In this document: piece by piece, positions 18,936 to 28,306 of the stretch
Numbering within the stretch: position 1 is the first letter of the stretch
Layout of the letters: each line of letters begins with the position of its first letter
DNA from: Chloroflexota bacterium
GTDB taxonomy: Bacteria; Chloroflexota; UBA11872
NCBI GenBank assembly: GCA_026706485.1
Contig: JAPOYR010000008.1
Span: 42,558-106,557 of the forward strand
Direction of reading: 5' to 3'
DNA length: 64,000 nucleotides
Notes under the pieces: generated by a model
Database searches by the model: none
Told to the model about the DNA's origin: nothing
What the model saw: the letters and a program-made list of their open reading frames with translations, nothing else
Translations under genes and position numbers: made by a program

Positions 18936-20599
18936 GACGCCGCTCCCGTGCCCGGAGGCGCCTGCCGGCGACGGTGATCCCACTCAATGGCGTAGCTCAG
19001 TCCAATGAAGAGCGCGAAGACGAGACCCATGCCGTTCACGAACAAGCTGTCCACCAGGTTGTGCAACGAAAACGCGACCATACCGCCCAGCGCCCCGATC
19101 GTCGCCCACTCCCATGGCGCACCCCGCGCCCAATGCACCGCGCGGACGCAACGCCAGATCGCCCAGACGCTGAGCGCCAGAAACGCGACCGCCGCCGGCA
19201 ATCCGGCCTCGGCCGCGAAGTTCAGATAGATGTTGTGCGCATGCCCCGGCAACTGCAAGAACGGCTCGAAGTTGAACCTGGAGTACGCCTGGTCGTAGTT
19301 GCCCGCGCCCACACCGATCAGCGGCGCGCTCATGAACATCCGCCAGCCGGCCTCCCACTGGGCCAGCCGCTCGCTGATGGCGAAGTCGTCGTCCACCACG
19401 ATGCGCAAGGCGTCGCGAACCTCCGTTCGGCCTTCCACCGCCGCGCGCGCCGGATCGGGAAGCGCCCGTTCCAGGCCCCCCGTGAGCTGCCAGCCGGCGA
19501 AGGCCAGGAACCCGGCCACGATCAGCGCGACCGTCGCCGCGCCCAGTACGCGGACCCGCGGCATCGCCGCCAGCAGCACCACGGCCGTGCTCCCAATCAT
19601 TCCAATCCAGGCTCCTCGCGATCGGCTGATCACCAGCGCTACCAGCACCAGCAGCCAGAGCGCGGCGATCCACGGCCGTCGCGACCGCCGGGCATAGATC
19701 GCCCCGGCCAGCAGCAACGGCAAGTGCAATCCAAGGTAACCCCCGAAGGGATTGGGCTGCTCGAAGGTTCCAAACGACCGGATCAGACCGCCCACGTTGA
19801 ACGCCGCCGGCCCGATGCCCGTTATCGCCTGCACCAGCCCCACCGCGGCCTCCGCCGTCACGGCCACTCCGACCAGCCACGCCACGGCGATCCTGGCGTC
19901 GGCGTGCCGCAGCACATCCGCCAGCAGCACGACCGCCACGGCCACCTGCAGCCACTTGATGGTCTCCTTGAGCACTGGCGCCGGATCGGGGGCCAGCACG
20001 CCGGTGACACTCAACCACGCGGCAAAGACGACTATCGCCAGCGCCAGCCGGGGAATCTCGATCCGCCCGCGGCCGTGCCCCCCAAGCCACACCACCAGCG
20101 CCGCCCCCAATGCAAAGTCGCTCAGCCCCACCACCGACGGCCCGAGGGCAATCTCGCCCAGTCCGCGAAACGGGACCAGGGCCACGGCCGCGGCCGCCAG
20201 CATGGCCGTCGTGGACCGCGCGTCCGGCAGCTTGCCGGCGATGCGCAGTCCTCCGACCAGCACCACCCCGCCGAGCGCCACGAGCGCCATGCTCAGCAGC
20301 GCCGGCGGCGTTTGCACGATCGCCACGGCCACGAACCCGACAACCGCCAGGGCCGCCAGCCAACGCAGCCCGCGCGCTCGATCTTGCGCCGTCCACCACG
20401 CGGCGGCCGCCAGCGCCGCCCCAAGCACCGGCGGCGCCACCTGCAACACGCCGCCAAGCTCCGCCGCCGCCAGTGCTCCGTAAATCCCGGACACCACGAC
20501 GGCGGCCAGCGCCAGCAACAGCTGCGGCGTCCAGGCCGAGACGAGGGCGCTTGGGCTAGTTCGGCTCAGCAAGCGCCAGATGCTCGCGGTACCAGTCAA
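18932..20599 (-). CDS. O-antigen ligase / polymerase-like (Wzy_C) membrane protein
   Basis: 555-aa polytopic protein with a Wzy_C-like loop: GHAHNIYLNFAAEAGLPAAVAFL. Confidence 0.75.
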   Translation of the reverse strand: MTGTASIWRLLSRTSPSALVSAWTPQLLLALAAVVVSGIYGALAAAELGGVLQVAPPVLGAALAAAAWWTAQDRARGLRWLAALAVVGFVAVAIVQTPPALLSMALVALGGVVLVGGLRIAGKLPDARSTTAMLAAAAVALVPFRGLGEIALGPSVVGLSDFALGAALVVWLGGHGRGRIEIPRLALAIVVFAAWLSVTGVLAPDPAPVLKETIKWLQVAVAVVLLADVLRHADARIAVAWLVGVAVTAEAAVGLVQAITGIGPAAFNVGGLIRSFGTFEQPNPFGGYLGLHLPLLLAGAIYARRSRRPWIAALWLLVLVALVISRSRGAWIGMIGSTAVVLLAAMPRVRVLGAATVALIVAGFLAFAGWQLTGGLERALPDPARAAVEGRTEVRDALRIVVDDDFAISERLAQWEAGWRMFMSAPLIGVGAGNYDQAYSRFNFEPFLQLPGHAHNIYLNFAAEAGLPAAVAFLALSVWAIWRCVRAVHWARGAPWEWATIGALGGMVAFSLHNLVDSLFVNGMGLVFALFIGLSYAIEWDHRRRQAPPGTGAAS

Positions 20600-21512
20600 C
20601 CGTCCGACGCAATCCGTCGGCGGGCGCCACCTGCGGCTGCCAGGCCAGCACCTCGCGCGCGCGGCCGATGTCGGGACGCCGCCGCTGCGGATCGTCCGGG
20701 CGGGCCGGCACGTGGCGAATCTCGGACGACGAGTCCGCGATGTCGCGAATCCAATCCGCGTACTCCGCCACCGAGTGCTCGCTGGGATTGCCCAGGTTGA
20801 AGACCTGGCCGTCGGTGGCGGGCCGATACATCGCGCGGGAAATGCCCTCGGCCATGTCGGTCACAAAGCACAGGCTCCGCGTCTGGCTGCCGTCGCCCAC
20901 CACCGTCAGCGGCTCGCCGCGCAGGGCGTTGGTCACGAACTCGATCGACATGCGCCCGTCCCCCACACGCATGCGGGGACCGTAGGTATTGAAAATCCGC
21001 ACCACGCGCGCATTCAGCCCGTGCATGCGGCGTCGCATCATCACCAGCGCCTCGGCGAAGCGCTTGCTCTCGTCGTAGGGCGAGCGCAGCCCGATCGGGT
21101 TCACGTTGCCAAAGTAGGTCTCGCGCTGGGGGTGCTCCAGGGGATCGCCGTAGATCTCCGAGGTCGACGCCAGCAGCAGGCGCGCGCCGTCTCGCTGCGC
21201 CAGGTCACAAAGGTTGCGCGCACCGAGCGCGTTCACCCACATGATCTCCTCGGGAATGCGGTCGAAGTCCGTCGGGCTGGCCGGACTCGCCAGGTGAAAC
21301 ACCGCGTCCACCGGCTCTTCAACGTCCAGCGGCTCGCAAACGTCATGCTCGATCAACTGGAAGTCGGGTCGTCCCGCCAGGTGCGCCACGTTCTCGGGAC
21401 GCCCGGTCAGAAAGCTGTCCACCGCAATCACGCGGCGACCGGACGCGAGCAGACCGTCACAGAGATGCGAGCCGATGAAGCCGGCACCCCCGGCCACGAG
21501 TGCCGTGTTCAC
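20556..21512 (-). CDS. UDP-glucuronate decarboxylase (UDP-xylose synthase), SDR family
   Basis: ALVAGGAGFIGSHLCDGLL, YDESKR and overall similarity to the UXS/ArnA decarboxylase domain. Confidence 0.9.
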   Translation of the reverse strand: MNTALVAGGAGFIGSHLCDGLLASGRRVIAVDSFLTGRPENVAHLAGRPDFQLIEHDVCEPLDVEEPVDAVFHLASPASPTDFDRIPEEIMWVNALGARNLCDLAQRDGARLLLASTSEIYGDPLEHPQRETYFGNVNPIGLRSPYDESKRFAEALVMMRRRMHGLNARVVRIFNTYGPRMRVGDGRMSIEFVTNALRGEPLTVVGDGSQTRSLCFVTDMAEGISRAMYRPATDGQVFNLGNPSEHSVAEYADWIRDIADSSSEIRHVPARPDDPQRRRPDIGRAREVLAWQPQVAPADGLRRTVDWYREHLALAEPN

Positions 21513-22230
21513 GCGGACTTGGGGTCCTCACCGAAAAAACGTCGTTTGGAACCCCTTCCCTTTTCAAGGAGACCTTTGCGTAATCCCTCCCGCGGTGCCT
21601 GGAGCGCAGGTCCGACCCCCTCTCCCCTGGAGGGAGAGGGTTGGGGTGAGGGGGATCCGCAGCTCGGGCGAGGGGTATCGACCGTTCTTACAAAAGTCTG
21701 TTCGAGGGAAGAGGTTGGGATGGGGGTCATCGAGTGATATTCCAGGTGGGGCCGTTTGGTGCCCTCTCGCAGATGGCTGCGGGCGCCGGCATCACGCGGA
21801 ATTGTTCAGACCTTCCCTAGGCGCCGCGCACCGACCACGCCAGCGCCATCCTGCGGGCGTCCATTCTATAAGGTCGGCGCCGAAGTCTCTCAACGACCGT
21901 CCGTCACTCCGGCGGAAGCCGGAGTCCAGGAATCCGGCTCGGTGGCCCGCGCTGCGTGCAGCGTGGGACCGGACACCCCTAATCTGAGGGTCCTCCGGGT
22001 AACTTCGGAGAAACGCCCATCGCCCCGCTCGTGGTGAGCCTGTAGCCGCTCGTGGTGAGCCCGTCGAACCACAGCGGCGACGACAGCTCAGAGCGGATGC
22101 GACGACCGGATCATGGAGGGGCGGTTCGCAAACCGCCCTGTCGTGGACTGAACAACCCGCTTCGGCTCAGTTCGCTGTCGGTTGTTACCTTCAAGTCGAG
22201 CAACCACCTCGCTAGCCGCCTGCACCCCAA
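21513..22230. repeat. 718-bp intergenic repeat mosaic (families G, C-variant, A, E x2, F)
   Basis: Units found: G at about 21616-21652; C-variant GTCACTCCGGCGGAAGCCGGAGTCCAG at 21903-21929; A at about 21951-21980; a tandem E pair at 22027-22072; F at 22118-22138. Confidence 0.85.
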
Positions 22231-24264
22231 GTGGAACCCCCCGACGACCTCGCGCTGACTCCACCGGAGAAGCACATGTGGCAAGCCGTCATGGGCGGCC
22301 AGCTTTGCACTTTCGGCAACGACGATCCGCGTGAACTTCTCTTCGACGACGAATGGGGACCGGAGCGCACCGTCCGGGGATTCGTGCTGGCGGCACTCCT
22401 CGTACGACTTCCGCCATGCGGAGCACCAGCAGTTCCACAAGTTGTGATCCAGGGTGCCCAAGTGACCGGTATGGTCGATCTGGATCTTCCCGATGAAATC
22501 GTCGGTATCCACCTTGATCACGCTCAGACCATGACAGCCCTCCTATTTGAGTCCTGCCTTTTCGATACTGATCTCTATTTCAGTTTAGGACAATTACACA
22601 GTCTATCTATAAGTCGCTGCGTCTTGTCGTCAATAAATGCCGAGGGAGTCTGGATTAAGGGTCGCCTGCAAATCACTGAGTCATTGATAAAGGGAGTCGT
22701 CAACCTGATAGACGCTGAGGTCAGCAGATCGGTAGTTATTTCGGACCTCGCAGTAACTGGGGAAAACGGGGTAGCAATAAATGCCTATGGCCTCAAAGTA
22801 GGCGGCAGCGCATTTCTATGTGACCACTCGATCGCAATCGGAAAGGTCCATCTCATGAGTGCGTCGATCGGTGGCAATTTAGGCTGCAATCAGGCAACGA
22901 TCTATAATCTCGAAGGTCAGGCGCCCAACGCTGACGGCGCAAACATCCGGGGTAGCGTATTGCTGCAAGACGGCTTTCAAGCGACCGGCGAAATGCGATT
23001 CATCAGCGCACGAATCGGCGGCAAAATGATATGCGACGGAGCGAGCTTCAACGCACCCTATGCGGGCGATGCACTCGTAGCCGACACACTGAACGTCCAT
23101 GACGATGTATCGCTCGCTTCAGGATTTCAGGCCACTGGATCGGTGCGGCTGCGAAATGCGCATATCGGTGGAAATCTCATCTGCGAAGGAGGACGATTCG
23201 ATAATCCCGGACGCGTCTCACTCAGCATCGACGGATCCAAGATCAACGGCTCAGTCAACCTTTCTCTAGATGCCAAAGCTGGCTTCTATGCTGCTGGCGA
23301 GGTGCGGCTTCCAGGCGCATATATCGGCGGTGGACTTGTCTGCAAAGGTGGCCGAATCGAGAATGGCGGAGATCATGCCCTCCTCGCTGATGGTACCGAC
23401 ATCCGAGGCGGCGCGTTTCTACTAGACGGCTTTCACGCGGTGGGTGAGGTAAGGTTCGTCAGTGCTCACCTTGGTCGACATCTCGAAGTCATAGATGCAG
23501 TATTCTCTAGTAAGACTAATTCATCCCAAGTCTATGCCAGTGGTCTCATTCTGCAGAATGCTCGCATGGATATATTCTTTTTGCATGGTCCGAGTCTGCG
23601 AATCTTTGGGGAATTGGATCTGCGAGCTGCGCGAATCCGCGTGCTCAACGATGATCCCGAACGCCTATTCGCAAGCAGTACGACGCTAGGTCTCGATGGC
23701 TTTGTCTACGAGCAATTTGCTTTGGATTCGCCCCCAGACCTCAATACCCGCCTGCGGTGGCTTGAGATCCAACGACCGGGCTATCACCCTCAGCCATTCG
23801 ACCAGCTTGCGGCCGTCTTTCGGAGCAACGGTCAGGACCATGAAGCTACGCAAGTGTTGATCGCCAAGCGTCGAAAGCGTCGGGGAACGCTTCCCAATCG
23901 GTGGCACAAGAGCTGGGACAGATTCTTGGATTGCTCGGTGCGTTACGGCTGGCAGCCGTGGCGGCCGCTGGTGCTCGGAGTCGGTGTATTTCTGGTTGCG
24001 CTTGCACTCGTCTTTGGTGCGGACCGGGCGGGCGTTGTCACCAGCCTCTCGGACACGCCATCACCGTACGACTGGTTCATCCACACGCTTGATGTGTTCC
24101 TTCCGGTTGTTGACCTGGGCGTCGAGTCGCGGTGGGTCATCAATGCTGAAAGCGGCGGCGGCGCCCTGGCAGTCGTGTGGTCTCTGTGGATTCTGAAGCT
24201 GGTGGGCTGGGGCACGATCACGCTTGCCCTGGCCGCCGTCACCCGAATCGTGCAGCGCGAGTAG
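22231..24264 (+). CDS. Beta-solenoid-like repeat protein with C-terminal transmembrane domain (unknown function) on a low-GC island
   Basis: 677-aa ORF in a stretch that is clearly AT-richer than its flanks. It has five or more ~49-aa repeats (DG.NIRGSV.L.DGF.A.GE.R...A.IGG.L.C.G..F.N) and then three hydrophobic helices (PLVLGVGVFLVALALVFGA; IHTLDVFLPVV; ALAVVWSLWILKLVGWGTITLALAAV). Start is GTG 22231 or ATG 22276. Confidence 0.8.
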   Translation: MEPPDDLALTPPEKHMWQAVMGGQLCTFGNDDPRELLFDDEWGPERTVRGFVLAALLVRLPPCGAPAVPQVVIQGAQVTGMVDLDLPDEIVGIHLDHAQTMTALLFESCLFDTDLYFSLGQLHSLSISRCVLSSINAEGVWIKGRLQITESLIKGVVNLIDAEVSRSVVISDLAVTGENGVAINAYGLKVGGSAFLCDHSIAIGKVHLMSASIGGNLGCNQATIYNLEGQAPNADGANIRGSVLLQDGFQATGEMRFISARIGGKMICDGASFNAPYAGDALVADTLNVHDDVSLASGFQATGSVRLRNAHIGGNLICEGGRFDNPGRVSLSIDGSKINGSVNLSLDAKAGFYAAGEVRLPGAYIGGGLVCKGGRIENGGDHALLADGTDIRGGAFLLDGFHAVGEVRFVSAHLGRHLEVIDAVFSSKTNSSQVYASGLILQNARMDIFFLHGPSLRIFGELDLRAARIRVLNDDPERLFASSTTLGLDGFVYEQFALDSPPDLNTRLRWLEIQRPGYHPQPFDQLAAVFRSNGQDHEATQVLIAKRRKRRGTLPNRWHKSWDRFLDCSVRYGWQPWRPLVLGVGVFLVALALVFGADRAGVVTSLSDTPSPYDWFIHTLDVFLPVVDLGVESRWVINAESGGGALAVVWSLWILKLVGWGTITLALAAVTRIVQRE

Positions 24265-24309
24265 ACGTAGGTCTTGGCCGCGCCAATTTTGTGCACAGCC
24301 ACACTCTCC

Positions 24310-24846
24310 ATGACCCCGCACCCACCTAACACCCCCCTCCCAGCCCTCCTGGTCCTGGGCTCGAACCTGGGCGATCGGATGGGTCACTTGCGCTTCGCGG
24401 TGGCGGGGTTGGGGATGGTTGGACGCATCGATGCCGTGTCGCCGGTCTACGAGTCGCCGCCGGCCGGGCATATCCACCAGGGCCCGTTTCTGAACCTGGC
24501 GCTGCGGCTCACGACCGGGCTGGGGCCGGTGCGGCTCTTGATGTGGGGCAAGGGCCTCGAATTCGCCGCTGGGCGTCGGCCGGGCATCCCCTACGGCCCG
24601 CGCCCGCTGGATGTGGACATTGTGAGCCTGGGAGCGCTGACCATTGCGAACGGGCGCGTGACCATTCCGCACCCCCGCGTCGCCGAGCGGCCGTTCATGG
24701 CGGCCCCGCTGGCCGACATTGCCCCACGCGAGACGTTGGCGGGCCACGACGCGACGCTGGCCGAGCTCGACCGCCGGCTTGGCCGCGAGGACCTCACGCC
24801 GGTAGCGGGTCCGGATGCCGTGTGGACGAGGCAGTGCCTTTCCTGA
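24310..24846 (+). CDS. folK: 2-amino-4-hydroxy-6-hydroxymethyldihydropteridine diphosphokinase
   Basis: LLVLGSNLGDR...VSPVYESPP...RPLDVDIV...IPHPRVAERPFMAAPLADI are HPPK motifs. The start was taken at the ATG at 24310. Confidence 0.85.
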   Translation: MTPHPPNTPLPALLVLGSNLGDRMGHLRFAVAGLGMVGRIDAVSPVYESPPAGHIHQGPFLNLALRLTTGLGPVRLLMWGKGLEFAAGRRPGIPYGPRPLDVDIVSLGALTIANGRVTIPHPRVAERPFMAAPLADIAPRETLAGHDATLAELDRRLGREDLTPVAGPDAVWTRQCLS

Positions 24847-24916
24847 GCGAAGCCTTCGACGGAGTCGTTTGCGTCGCCCCTCCGTCGTTCCGGCGGCGCC
24901 TGTCCCCGCGAGTGGA

Positions 24917-25122
24917 GACCCTTGCAGAATCCAGCCGCGCTTGGGGATGACCGGGCGCCCTCTGTCCGCGCCCAGGTTCAATGAAGGGTGGATTCCCGCC
25001 TTCGCGGGAATGACGAAGGGTTACGCCAACGCCTTCGAGGGCGGAGGCCGGAAGCCAGTTCGGTCGAGTTTGGATGCACGCCGGATGCCTGGCGTCGGGC
25101 GGGTCTGAGGCCCGCCCCTACC
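24917..25122. repeat. Repeat cluster: composite D-C module (24917-25014) and family F (25094-25122)
   Basis: The same D-then-C arrangement recurs at 48188-48284 and 49776-49873. Confidence 0.9.
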
Positions 25123-25187
25123 GGATTTCAACAAGGTCTCAAGAGGGGAGAGGCGAACGGACCGCGGCGACCAAGCCGAAATACGTC

Positions 25188-26291
25188 ATGCGCCGGCCTA
25201 AGCGAGCCACCAGCGGGGATCGCGCTGGCGCACCTTCGGCCTGTGAAATAATCCGCCGCCCCCGCGCCTCCCGAAAGCCGCCTCGCATTCGCACGGAACC
25301 AGACCTCCCCGCCGCGCGACGCCGCGTGATCGATGCCCTTCATCGCGCGCGGCGTCCCTTGGTGCTGTCGCACCGGGATTCGGACGCCGACAGCCTGGGC
25401 TCCGCGCTGGCGCTCGGCGGCGCCTTTGCCCAGCTTGGCGTGGAGGCGGTGTTGGCCGTCCACCAGCCGGACCGCATTGCCCCGCCCTTGAACGAGCTTC
25501 CGGGCGCGGCCGCCGTCGTTCCCCTCACCGCCGAGCTTGGGGCCGCGCACCGCGACGTGATCTTCGTCGTCGATACCGCCAGTCCCGCGCTCTTGGGCGG
25601 CGAGCCAACCACACGTGACGCGCTCTTGAGCAGCCGGCCCGTCGTCAACATCGACCACCACGACTCCAACCAGCACTACGGCGCCGTCAACTACGTGGAG
25701 ACCGCCGCCGCGGCCACGGCCGAGGTTTTGTGGGGGCTGCTGACGGAGGCCCGCATCCCGCTGACGGCGGACATGGCGACCAATCTGCAAGCGGGCCTGG
25801 TCGGCGACACGCTCGGGTTCCAAATCGCCGACACCTCGCCTCGCACGCTGCGGGCAGCGGCCGGCTTGCTGGAAGCCGGCGGCGCGACGCACGGCCTCCC
25901 GCGGCGCGTGCTCAATGCGCGCACCATCCCGGCCACGCGCCTGTATGGCGCCGCCCTGGCGGCGGTGCAAACCACGGCCGACGGTCGCATCGTCTGGACC
26001 TGCGTCACCCAGGCCATGGCGGCCTCGGTGGATGCCAGCGTGCACTACTCGCACGGATTGCCCAATGCCCTTCAGGAAGTCGTGGGCGCGGAGATTGCAG
26101 CGGTGTTCTATGAGCTCGACACCAAGAGGACTCGCGCCAGCCTGCGTTCCACCGGGCGCCCGATTCGGGAAGTCGCCGAGGAGTACGGCGGGGGCGGCCA
26201 CCAGCTCGCGGCCGGCCTCACGATTCAGCAGCCGATCGAGGCCGCTCAGCGCCTGGTGATTGACCGTCTCCAGGCCCTGCTCGGGAGCTGA
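25188..26291 (+). CDS. DHH/DHHA1 phosphoesterase (NrnA-like oligoribonuclease / pAp phosphatase)
   Basis: SHRDSDADSLGS, NIDHHDSN and GGGHQLAAG motifs. The track start (25074) lies in a family-F repeat, so I used ATG 25188. Confidence 0.85.
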   Translation: MRRPKRATSGDRAGAPSACEIIRRPRASRKPPRIRTEPDLPAARRRVIDALHRARRPLVLSHRDSDADSLGSALALGGAFAQLGVEAVLAVHQPDRIAPPLNELPGAAAVVPLTAELGAAHRDVIFVVDTASPALLGGEPTTRDALLSSRPVVNIDHHDSNQHYGAVNYVETAAAATAEVLWGLLTEARIPLTADMATNLQAGLVGDTLGFQIADTSPRTLRAAAGLLEAGGATHGLPRRVLNARTIPATRLYGAALAAVQTTADGRIVWTCVTQAMAASVDASVHYSHGLPNALQEVVGAEIAAVFYELDTKRTRASLRSTGRPIREVAEEYGGGGHQLAAGLTIQQPIEAAQRLVIDRLQALLGS

Positions 26292-26423
26292 GCGCCTCCA
26301 TCGAGGCGGCATTGGCGATTGCTAGACTCAGCGGGCGCGCGGTAAAGGGACCCGCGCCATTCCCTGTCCCGTAGTCCGTCCACACGACTCAGTGGGCGGG
26401 GGCACGGCCTAGAGGCGAGGTCG

Positions 26424-27137
26424 ATGCGCAAACGGCTCTCCCGGCTGGCGCCGATCATCATCTTGGGCGTCACGGCATGGCTGCTCGCCGCCTGCGGTGA
26501 CTCCGAGGTCGTCGCCGAACCGGTGACGGTGACGCCAACGCCGACGGTTGTCGAGATCACCGTCGCCCCGACCGCGCCCCCCACACCCGCTCCAACGCCC
26601 GAGCCCCAGCAAACGCCGAACATCCAAACGCCAACCGCGTCGCCACAGAACCGCACCGCCACGCCCCTGCCAACCGCGCCCGTCACGCCGACCGCCGCGC
26701 CGCCGTCGACACCCGCGCCGGTCGCCACCCCGGCGCCCACCGCGCCGCCACCGTCCGCCAACAGAACCCCGACCGCCATCGTCCCCCCGCCCGACGCGCG
26801 AGCCGCCGTGGGTCGCGTGGACACGGCCGAGGGAGTGGACGGCCTCCAGCGCCCCGTGGGTGAAACCAGCACCTTCGAGCCCAACCAGCGGGTCTACATC
26901 GCCGTCGAGTTCCTCAACGTCACGGCCGGCGCCGAGCTCGGCTTTTCCTGGCAGGCCGCCGAAGGCTGCCGCGGCAGCTACTCCCTGCCGGCCCGGTCGC
27001 CCATGCGGCGCGGCTTCTTTGGGTTCTACATCGACGAGACCGAATGCCTTGGCCGCTATTTCGTCCAGATCCTGGTGGACGGTGTGGCCCACGCCGGAAT
27101 CACGTTCTCCATCGGAGCCGCCCAGCCCAGCGGTTGA
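26424..27137 (+). CDS. Lipoprotein with Pro/Thr-rich linker, unknown function
   Basis: Signal plus lipobox (IIILGVTAWLLAACG), a long PT-rich low-complexity linker and a ~100-aa C-terminal globular domain. Confidence 0.6.
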   Translation: MRKRLSRLAPIIILGVTAWLLAACGDSEVVAEPVTVTPTPTVVEITVAPTAPPTPAPTPEPQQTPNIQTPTASPQNRTATPLPTAPVTPTAAPPSTPAPVATPAPTAPPPSANRTPTAIVPPPDARAAVGRVDTAEGVDGLQRPVGETSTFEPNQRVYIAVEFLNVTAGAELGFSWQAAEGCRGSYSLPARSPMRRGFFGFYIDETECLGRYFVQILVDGVAHAGITFSIGAAQPSG

Positions 27138-27199
27138 CCCCTGACGCCGCCGATGGTTTGCTGCGTACATCCCCGCTCCACGACTGCCCGAGGTGCCCC

Positions 27200-28306
27200 G
27201 TGAAGGTGACGCGCGTTTCCGCCGAGGTCTACGCCAAGCCGCATGACCCGCCGATCACCAACGGCAAGTACACCTACACCCACTCCAAGAACGTCGTCGT
27301 CCGCATCCAGACCGACGAGGGCATCGAGGGCGTCGGCATTTGCGGCGGTCTCGGCCTCCCGTCCGGGCGCGACGTGCTGGTCACCGTCATCGATAACATG
27401 TCCGAGGCCGTCATCGGCGAAGACCCGTTCAACGTCGAGCGCATCTGGGACCGGCTCTACCAGCCCAAGATCTTCGGTCGCAAGGGCCTCACCACGCGCG
27501 CGCTTTCGGCCATCGACATCGCCCTGTGGGACGTGATTGCCCGAGCCGTGGAGCTTCCGCTCTACCGGCTCCTGGGCGGCTACACCGACGAGGTGCGCGC
27601 CTACATCGCCGGCGGCTACTACGCCGAGGGCAAGGGCATTCCCGAGCTGCAGGACGAGATGCTCGGCTATGTCGAGCAAGGCGCCACCGCCGTCAAGATG
27701 AAGATCGGCGCAGTGTCGCTGCGCGAGGACGAGCGCCGCGTGGCGGCCGTGCGCGACGCCATCGGCGACGAGGTGGACCTGCTGGTGGACGCCAACAATG
27801 CCTACGTCACGGCCGACGCCGTGCGCATGGCCCGCATCCTTGAGTCCTACGACGCCTTTTGGTTCGAGGAGCCCGTCTCGCCCGACAACATGGCCGGCAG
27901 CGCCGCCGTCGCCAATTCCTCCAGCGTGCCCGTCGCCGCCGGTGAGAACGAGTACACCCGCTGGGGCTTTCGCGAGCTGTTCGAGTCCGACGCAGTGCGC
28001 ATCGCCAATCCCGACGCCATGGTCCTTGGCGGCATCACGGAATACCGCCGCATCGCCGCCCTGGCCTCGGCCTACGAGATCCCCATCGCCCCGCACGGCC
28101 TGCAGGAGATTCACATTCACCTGCTGGCCGCATTCCCGTTCCCGCTGATCCTCGAGTACTACAACCCCAACGTGGCCGGTCTCAACGAAGTCATGTTCCA
28201 CGAGAAGCTGGAGCTCACGGACCGCGGCACTGTGATGCTGCCGCAGGGGCCCGGGCTGGGCGTCGAGTTCAACTGGGACGCCCTGCGGCAATACCGCGAG
28301 GAGTGA
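27200..28306 (+). CDS. Enolase-superfamily (mandelate racemase/muconate lactonizing enzyme) acid-sugar dehydratase-like
   Basis: KMKIG, DANNAY and FEEP motifs in order. In-frame GTG at 27200 (VKVTRVSAEVY) taken as the start. Confidence 0.85.
   Translation: MKVTRVSAEVYAKPHDPPITNGKYTYTHSKNVVVRIQTDEGIEGVGICGGLGLPSGRDVLVTVIDNMSEAVIGEDPFNVERIWDRLYQPKIFGRKGLTTRALSAIDIALWDVIARAVELPLYRLLGGYTDEVRAYIAGGYYAEGKGIPELQDEMLGYVEQGATAVKMKIGAVSLREDERRVAAVRDAIGDEVDLLVDANNAYVTADAVRMARILESYDAFWFEEPVSPDNMAGSAAVANSSSVPVAAGENEYTRWGFRELFESDAVRIANPDAMVLGGITEYRRIAALASAYEIPIAPHGLQEIHIHLLAAFPFPLILEYYNPNVAGLNEVMFHEKLELTDRGTVMLPQGPGLGVEFNWDALRQYREE

Noticed and set aside
21513-22230. tRNA or other small RNA genes in the long intergenic regions, as possible island integration sites.
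   Set aside because: I saw no cloverleaf-compatible sequence or GTTCGAATC-type T-loop. The regions are fully accounted for by repeat units. A tRNAscan or Infernal run would be needed to confirm.
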